DNA from: an uncultured Opitutales bacterium | GTDB taxonomy: Bacteria > Verrucomicrobiota > Verrucomicrobiia > Opitutales > Intestinicryptomonadaceae | Direction: 5' to 3' | NCBI GenBank assembly: GCA_934613415.1 | Contig: CAKTSY010000001.1 | Span: 1-32,000, forward strand | DNA: 32,000 bases | Part shown: piece by piece, positions 26,796 through 32,000 of the stretch | Layout of the letters: each line of letters begins with the position of its first letter | Numbering within the stretch: position 1 is the stretch's first letter | Translations under genes and position numbers: made by a program | The notes under the pieces: model-generated | Told to the model about the DNA's origin: nothing | Databases searched by the model: none | The model's input: the letters and a program-made list of their open reading frames with translations, nothing else

Positions 26796-28097
26796 TTATT
26801 CTTTCGAAAGTTGCTCTAATAGGCGTTTTGTGCGTTTTAAAAGCGATTTTTTGTCGGCAAAGTCGCATTTTTCAAGGAACTTTTCGGCATTGGCGCAAGC
26901 TTTTGCCATTTCGTCTTTTTTGGATTGGCTTGGCTGAGCTGTGCTGTTTAAAACGTCTTCAAAATCGCGCAAATTTTTTACTATGGAATTTCGTATTTTA
27001 GAATTTATAAATGAAATATAGTCTTTTTTTATTTCCCTATTTTCGTAGCCGAACCAAATTGAGGTTGCCAAAGAGTATTCTGTGCGGGCAATGGCGTTGT
27101 CTATTCTTTTGGCTATTTGCGCAAAAGATTCGCCGCCGTATTCTACGCTGTATTCCTCTTCGGGCTCGTTGCCGCCGAACAGCGAAAACGCCAAAACAAC
27201 TACAAGCGAACACAAAACGGCAATTACAACCGAATATATGTATATTGGCTGGAATGTGCGTTCGGGCTTTGTGTTTACAACCGTAAATTTGGTGTTTGCC
27301 TTTTTTGGCTTTGCGGCGGTAAGCGATAGGGCTTCGGCTTTTGTTAAAACGCCGTTTCTTGCATATTCGCTTAGCCTGCATTCGGCAAGGGGCGGGAATG
27401 TAGCAGAATCCAAATCTATGGCGTTTGAAGGTTGCAAATCTTTTGAGCGGTTAATGCAAACTTTCCATTTATAAGCCAAAGCTACTTCGCTTGCGCCCAA
27501 AGCCGTTGTAAATGTATAACTCCACGCCGACTTGCCGTTTACCGTTAATGCCAAAGATTCCGCAAAAAGTTTTAGAATTGTTTTTTGCGGGAATTGCTTT
27601 GAAGCAAATAGCTCGCAGTCGTCTTTAATTCGCGGCAAAGCGGCTAAGCCTTGGTCTTTAAAAATTTCGCCCCAAGTTTTGCAGGGAACATGCTTTTCGA
27701 ACGCAATTTTAGACAAGTTAGGCGGCTCTTTGATTTTTTGCGGAGCTTTTGTGTAGGAATTTAGCCAGTTATACTGCAAAAGAATGTCGACAGGATTCGG
27801 GTATTTTGCGGTTTCTGCTGCAGACAAAACAAGATGGTGCGAAATAAAGTTTGTGCGCCCCGTATAGTCTTTGCCGCAGTCTGCCGAGCGCGTCAGCACA
27901 AAATAGTCGCAACCCGAGTAGGTTAGTTTATTTAATGAATATTTTTCCGAAACCGAGGCGTGGTCGAAATTGCTGAATTTTTCGACCATCAAAACAAGCC
28001 TTTCGGGCATATTTTCAGTATAGGCTGCAACGCAAAAGCCCGAGCGGCCAGCCATAATGCCCGAGGGCAAACTTGTATAAATCAATTCAAACGCCAT
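26796..28097 (-). CDS. GAP1-N2-like (GTPase-associated protein 1-like) protein with TM helix and C-terminal helical tail (433 aa)
   Basis: The N-terminus MAFELIYTSLPSGIMAGRSGFCVAAYTENMP and the later DYTGRTNFISHHLVL resemble the QLxYTS..G..G.GFQ / GRxGNxxAHxLV signatures I recall for the GAP1-N2 domain. The TM helix covers about aa 284-307. The gene starts 9 nt after the GTPase gene stops. Confidence 0.5.
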   Translation of the reverse strand: MAFELIYTSLPSGIMAGRSGFCVAAYTENMPERLVLMVEKFSNFDHASVSEKYSLNKLTYSGCDYFVLTRSADCGKDYTGRTNFISHHLVLSAAETAKYPNPVDILLQYNWLNSYTKAPQKIKEPPNLSKIAFEKHVPCKTWGEIFKDQGLAALPRIKDDCELFASKQFPQKTILKLFAESLALTVNGKSAWSYTFTTALGASEVALAYKWKVCINRSKDLQPSNAIDLDSATFPPLAECRLSEYARNGVLTKAEALSLTAAKPKKANTKFTVVNTKPERTFQPIYIYSVVIAVLCSLVVVLAFSLFGGNEPEEEYSVEYGGESFAQIAKRIDNAIARTEYSLATSIWFGYENREIKKDYISFINSKIRNSIVKNLRDFEDVLNSTAQPSQSKKDEMAKACANAEKFLEKCDFADKKSLLKRTKRLLEQLSKE

Positions 28098-28106
28098 TGT
28101 TTTGCC

Positions 28107-29846
28107 CTATACGGTTTCTATTAGCCCGTCTATTGTTTGGCTTATAGCCCAAATTGTGGGAACTTCCACATACATCGGGTTTAGCTTTTCTATATCGGGG
28201 GCAATCATACCCGCGCATTCGCCGCTTTCTATCTTTATGGGTGTATGCCCTAAGGGGCTAACGGCAAAAAACATAGTGTTTTCCGAAAGCGATTCGGCGG
28301 TGGAAACTATTGAAGGCTCGGTTGCCATCATAAACTTTCTAATCTTTTCGCTATTGCTTTTTACCGCCGACAAATCCAGGGCATTTGCCTTGTAATAGTC
28401 TTGCAGGGGTTCGTCTAAAAGGTCTTTCCATATGTCGAATTTGTTTATTATTATGGCAAGCGGCTTTTTAATTTTTGCGGCCGATTCCATTCCCGAAATT
28501 CGCTTAATGCGCACTTCCATTTCCGACATAATCGTGTCTTGCTGGTCTACGCGGCCCGTTATCTTAAGCTGAGGGTCGGGGTGGTCGCGTAGCTTTTCCT
28601 TAAAGCCCCTGTTAGAAGCAGGGTCGAAAATAAAGAATATTGCCGCGCTGCTTGCAACGTGCATTGCCCCCGGCGAATCTTCCAAATCTATTCCCGGCTC
28701 GAAATGTTCGCCTGCGTTGTCGTAAAACACCAAGGCTTTGTCGGAAATCTTGTCGTTCGAAATAGAGTAGGTTAACGGTTTTGGCAAAGCCACCATTTTG
28801 CCGAAGCGGGGGTACTTTTCGTACATCGCGCCTTCGAATGCCGTTTTTGCCAATATGGCGTCTTGGCTTGTTGTCGCCGAAAACAGCTTGTTTTTCATTA
28901 AAGTTAGCATCATATTGCCGCTTGGGTCTAAGTCTTTAAAACTTACGCCGAATCGCTGCGCTAAAACGTCTTTAAGCTCTTTAATTAACACGCTTAGATA
29001 ATACGACTTGCCCGAGCTTGGCGCGCCTACAATGGAAAATATTTTTGCGTCTAAATCTAAAAAGCCCGATGGCAATTTTTTGCGGCAGTGCGGGCACGCA
29101 ATGTCGGGGGCTGGCAAGCCCATAGGGTCTAGCGCAATGCCGCGTTCGTTAAACGAAACGGGCAAAAACCTAAGCATTTCGTCGGGGCCTAAAACCGTGT
29201 CGCCCCTAAGGCTTTCGTGCGAGGCTATGCTTAGCGCGTCGCCAATATCGAAGCTTAAGTAGCACATAGGGCAGGTTATTGCGTGCGAGTTGTACGAAAC
29301 AGGGGCAATGTCTAAAACTGCATCTAAATTGCCTTCGTTAAATACCTGCGAATAGAAAAAACCCAAGTTTGAACCCTTTGGAGCTATCGCCAAGCCAGCC
29401 CCTGTAAGCCCGCGCTTTACAACCGAGTTTTTTAGCGAGACAAACGGCACTTCATCTTCTATTCTGCCGTTGATTGCGTCGAACAAAAACCAGCGCGACA
29501 AGTCTATGCTTTGGGCTTTTTTAAGGGCATTTTCGCCGCAAAACAAAATATATAGGCCGTTCGAAAATTGTATTGTGCATTCGCCGTTTTCTACAAGTGT
29601 TTCGGCTTCGGGCACTTTAGAATTTATAAGCACGCTGTCGTCGGAACATCTCCTAAGAATAAAGCCGCCCGATTGGCCGAATAAAAGCTCTAAAGCCTCG
29701 AATACTTCGTTTGCCTTTAGCGCGCAGTTATCCGATTCGCCTATTTTGGCGGGGAATTCTTCTGTCTGCGAAATTTGCCCATTAACGCAGTTTAACAAAA
29801 CGGCTTTTCTTCCGATAAATCTTTTCGAGTTTCCAAAAAATTTCAT
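28107..29846 (-). CDS. TRAFAC-class GTPase with an N-terminal FHA-like domain and a split CxxC...CxxC zinc ribbon (579 aa)
   Basis: G1/Walker A GAPSSGKS is encoded at 29004-29027 and G3 YDNAGE near 28710-28721. G4 NKFD is encoded at 28434-28445. CPMC (aa 192-195) and CPHC (aa 251-254) lie just before the P-loop. The N-terminal 100 aa have an FHA-like beta pattern (weak call). Confidence 0.75.
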   Translation of the reverse strand: MKFFGNSKRFIGRKAVLLNCVNGQISQTEEFPAKIGESDNCALKANEVFEALELLFGQSGGFILRRCSDDSVLINSKVPEAETLVENGECTIQFSNGLYILFCGENALKKAQSIDLSRWFLFDAINGRIEDEVPFVSLKNSVVKRGLTGAGLAIAPKGSNLGFFYSQVFNEGNLDAVLDIAPVSYNSHAITCPMCYLSFDIGDALSIASHESLRGDTVLGPDEMLRFLPVSFNERGIALDPMGLPAPDIACPHCRKKLPSGFLDLDAKIFSIVGAPSSGKSYYLSVLIKELKDVLAQRFGVSFKDLDPSGNMMLTLMKNKLFSATTSQDAILAKTAFEGAMYEKYPRFGKMVALPKPLTYSISNDKISDKALVFYDNAGEHFEPGIDLEDSPGAMHVASSAAIFFIFDPASNRGFKEKLRDHPDPQLKITGRVDQQDTIMSEMEVRIKRISGMESAAKIKKPLAIIINKFDIWKDLLDEPLQDYYKANALDLSAVKSNSEKIRKFMMATEPSIVSTAESLSENTMFFAVSPLGHTPIKIESGECAGMIAPDIEKLNPMYVEVPTIWAISQTIDGLIETV

Positions 29847-29953
29847 ACTATATACGATATATTTCGAAACTATTTAAACTATTCTTGCAATTAATTACAA
29901 CAGAAAATGCAATTTATTTCGAACAAATATATAAATAAATTGTCTAAAAACTA

Positions 29954-29983
29954 TTGACTAGGCTATGGGGCAAATGCTACGAT
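29954..29983 (+). promoter_or_regulatory. Candidate sigma-70-type promoter for the ECF sigma gene, overlapped by a 7-bp inverted repeat
   Basis: TTGACT (29954-29959), an 18-nt spacer, then TACGAT (29978-29983). AGGCTAT (29960-29966) and ATAGCCT (29982-29988) form an inverted repeat. The ATG is at 30003. Confidence 0.3.
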
Positions 29984-30002
29984 AGCCTCACAACAAAGAT
30001 AT

Positions 30003-30581
30003 ATGGAAGATACAGTACTTACTAAATTGCGTTGCGGAGACGAAAAGGCTTTTGGAAAGCTTGTTTCGGACAACTACGCTATGGTGTTAAATCAGGCAAA
30101 CAAGATATTAAACAACAGGCAAGACGCCGAAGAAGTTGCCCAAGACACCTTCATTAAAGCCCGAAATTCCATCTCGAATTTCAGGGGCGACTGCGCTTTG
30201 TCTACTTGGTTGTATCGCATTGCCACAAATTTGGCTAAAAACAAAAGCTGGTATTGGTGGCGCAGAAAAAGGCATGCAAGTGTTTCTTTTGAAGAGCCCG
30301 TTGCTAGCGACGACGGCACAAGCATAACCTTTGGCGATGTTATTAAATGCGAAATGCAAACGCCCAGCGAGGCGAACATTACAAACGAGCTTGAAGAGTT
30401 TTTGCCCAAGGCAATGGCGCAAATGCCCGAAATCTATGCCCAAGTTTTAAGGCTTAGGAACGAAAACGACCTTTCGTACGAAGAAATTGCCGAAAAGCTG
30501 AACATAGGGGTGGGCACTGTAAAAAGCAGATTGTCGCGTGCAAGAGACTTTTTAAGGGAAAAGCTTAATGCCGAAAAATAG
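30003..30581 (+). CDS. ECF-type RNA polymerase sigma-70 family factor (192 aa)
   Basis: Region 2 is DAEEVAQDTFIKA...WLYRIATNL. Region 4 HTH is LSYEEIAEKLNIGVGTVKSRLSRARDFLREKL. Confidence 0.9.
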   Translation: MEDTVLTKLRCGDEKAFGKLVSDNYAMVLNQANKILNNRQDAEEVAQDTFIKARNSISNFRGDCALSTWLYRIATNLAKNKSWYWWRRKRHASVSFEEPVASDDGTSITFGDVIKCEMQTPSEANITNELEEFLPKAMAQMPEIYAQVLRLRNENDLSYEEIAEKLNIGVGTVKSRLSRARDFLREKLNAEK

Positions 30582-30583
30582 GA

Positions 30584-31069
30584 ATGGCACTTTCTAAAGA
30601 CAGGTTTCAAGAGATTGTAAGCTCTTACCTAGACGGCGAAGCTACCAATGAGGAGCTTCGCCTTTTGGTGTCGGCAATAAGGGAGAACCCCGAATTTGCA
30701 AACATATTCTACGAAAATTGCCGAATCTATATGGCATCGTGCAAAATATACGGCAAAAAACCCAAATTTGCGCCGCTGCCCGTGGTTGAAGTTTTGCCCG
30801 AAAAGGAAAAAGAAAGCCCCAAACAGGTTGCGCTAGAGTGGATTGCCGTGTTTTCGCTCATGCTTACAAGCATTGCAATGTTTTATGCAAGTTCGCTATG
30901 CGCAAGCGAAAATGTCGAAAACGCAACACAAAACACGCAATACTACAGCAATTTATACGACACAAATACAACTAGCGAAATTTCGGGCAATTCGCACGTT
31001 TGCGGTTATGTAAAATTTTCCACAAAAGCAAAAGTTATCTTGCCCGAAAAAGCTCCGACAAAAGAATAG
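30584..31069 (+). CDS. Anti-sigma factor, single-pass membrane protein (161 aa)
   Basis: It lies immediately downstream of the ECF sigma gene (2-nt gap). It has an anti-sigma N-terminal helix pattern (FQEIVSSYLDGEATNEE) and a TM helix (WIAVFSLMLTSIAMFYASSL). Confidence 0.7.
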   Translation: MALSKDRFQEIVSSYLDGEATNEELRLLVSAIRENPEFANIFYENCRIYMASCKIYGKKPKFAPLPVVEVLPEKEKESPKQVALEWIAVFSLMLTSIAMFYASSLCASENVENATQNTQYYSNLYDTNTTSEISGNSHVCGYVKFSTKAKVILPEKAPTKE

Positions 31070-31086
31070 GCGTGTATTTTTATCTC

Positions 31087-31125
31087 ATGCAAATAAATGC
31101 AATAGAGGTTGAATTTGCATTTTTT
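31087..31125. terminator. AT-rich stem-loop between convergent genes; possible bidirectional terminator
   Basis: ATGCAAAT (31087-31094) pairs with ATTTGCAT (31113-31120) and is followed by T5. An alternative AAATGCA/TGCATTT pairing exists. Confidence 0.4.
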
Positions 31126-31924
31126 ACCTAAAGTTTTTGTAGAAATATGCGTCTTTAAAAGAGGGTATTTTTTTGCGCACCTCGGTTGCAGTTTCGGGAG
31201 AAACCTCGGCGCAAACATTGTCGGGGGTGTCTTGTTTTGCCAAGGCGCAAACTTCTCCCCAAGGGTCTATAATTTGGCTTAGGCCGAAATATTTTGCGCT
31301 TTTTGCGCCGAAATTTTCGGTGCCCGACTGGTTTACCGCAACCATATATGCCTGATTTTCTATTGCGCGCGCTTTGCACAATGTTGTAAAATGTTCCAGC
31401 CTTGGGTGCGGCCAGGCAGCTACAACAATAAACATATTGGCTCCAGCAAACGCCATTTGTCTAAAAAGCTCCGGAAAGCGCAAATCGTAGCAAACTGCAA
31501 AGCCTATGTTAAATCCGCAAAAGTCGTTTAAAATAACGGGTGCAGTACCCCGGCTTATGTATTTGTCTTCGTGGAAGGGGCTAAACAGGTGCATTTTGTC
31601 GTAAGTGCAAAGTTTGTCGCCTTTTTTGTCGAAAAAATATAGCCTGTTTTTAACGCAATCGCCGTTTACAATGGCTGGCATAGAACCGCAAACTGCAACC
31701 GAATTGTTCTTCGCAATTTTGCTTAGCGAAGCTTCAAAATAGCTTTTATTTTCAAGCAAAAACGCCTTGTTTTTTGCGTAGTTAAAGCCGCCCGTAAACA
31801 TTTCGGGCAAAACAACCAAGTCGCAATTGTCTTTGCGTGCGTTTGCGCAACAACTGTTTGCAGTTTGCAGGTTTTCGGCAAAGGCTGCTTGTTTTACGTT
31901 AATTTGTGCGCACATTATTTTCAT
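31124..31924 (-). CDS. Carbon-nitrogen hydrolase (nitrilase superfamily) protein (266 aa)
   Basis: The E-K-C triad context is present: DLVVLPEMF, YDKMHLF, GFAVCYDLRFPELFR. I prefer the ATG at 31924 over the upstream TTG at 31933. Confidence 0.85.
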   Translation of the reverse strand: MKIMCAQINVKQAAFAENLQTANSCCANARKDNCDLVVLPEMFTGGFNYAKNKAFLLENKSYFEASLSKIAKNNSVAVCGSMPAIVNGDCVKNRLYFFDKKGDKLCTYDKMHLFSPFHEDKYISRGTAPVILNDFCGFNIGFAVCYDLRFPELFRQMAFAGANMFIVVAAWPHPRLEHFTTLCKARAIENQAYMVAVNQSGTENFGAKSAKYFGLSQIIDPWGEVCALAKQDTPDNVCAEVSPETATEVRKKIPSFKDAYFYKNFR

Positions 31925-31943
31925 AGTTGGCAATGCTTACAAA

Positions 31944-31970
31944 AAAAGAGCCTTTTTAAAAGCTCTTTTT
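31944..31970. terminator. Hairpin with flanking A/T runs upstream of the hydrolase gene; possible terminator of a gene beyond the window
   Basis: AAAAGAGC ... GCTCTTTT is a palindrome with a T-run on both strands. Confidence 0.35.
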
Positions 31971-32000
31971 TGCGGTTTAAGATTTATGTTTTTATGCCAA

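Noticed and set aside
26791-26868. A 26-codon N-terminal extension of the 915-aa gene (ORF-track start at 26868)
   Set aside because: It would overlap the upstream gene by 73 nt. The ATG at 26790 sits 5 nt after that gene's stop and gives a sensible N-terminus (MNSQLL...).
1-32000. Search for cas genes, transposases, integrases, tRNA or att sites, or inverted terminal repeats that would define a mobile element around the RM island
   Set aside because: None was recognisable in any of the six frames or in the DNA. I therefore made no mobile-element call, only compositional mosaicism.

Overview
The window is bacterial chromosome of roughly 45-50% GC by eye, with no rRNA, tRNA, transposase or integrase that I could find. 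A pseudopilin-like gene weakly suggests a PVC-group organism (Lentisphaerota, Verrucomicrobiota or similar); this is inference only. In order, the window holds the following. (1) 85-10261 is a six-gene, translationally coupled defence operon: SNF2 helicase, DUF4391-like protein, unknown 235-aa protein, type III Mod methyltransferase, unknown 176-aa membrane protein, type III Res. It carries three sharply AT-rich mosaic modules. One is a 700-bp single-gene cassette bounded by a perfect 10-bp direct repeat that recreates the start/stop overlap ATGGATAA at both ends. (2) Next come an AT-rich spacer region and an orphan SUFU-like (immunity-type) gene. (3) Two type I-C-like CRISPR arrays lie on the + strand, with 8 and 4 repeats and homologous ~157-bp leaders. 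No cas gene is present anywhere in the window. The arrays bracket a 7.6-kb block of core genes: pseudopilin-like, glyA, rpiB, LMW phosphatase, purD, lptF/G-family, rodZ-like and a small RHH protein. (4) Envelope genes follow: an OMP beta-barrel, a secreted clan GH-D-like glycosidase and a Pal/OmpA lipoprotein. (5) 23660-29846 (minus strand) is a tightly coupled four-gene operon. It encodes an FHA-like / split Zn-ribbon / TRAFAC GTPase, a GAP1-N2-like membrane protein, a 915-aa bitopic helical protein with no recognisable domain, and a GYF_2-like membrane protein. It is divergent from an ECF sigma / anti-sigma pair. I consider this the best candidate for an undescribed GTPase-centred membrane system. 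The two AT-rich ORFs embedded in the type III RM operon are second. (6) A carbon-nitrogen hydrolase closes the window. All family assignments come from motif recognition by eye, with no database search.
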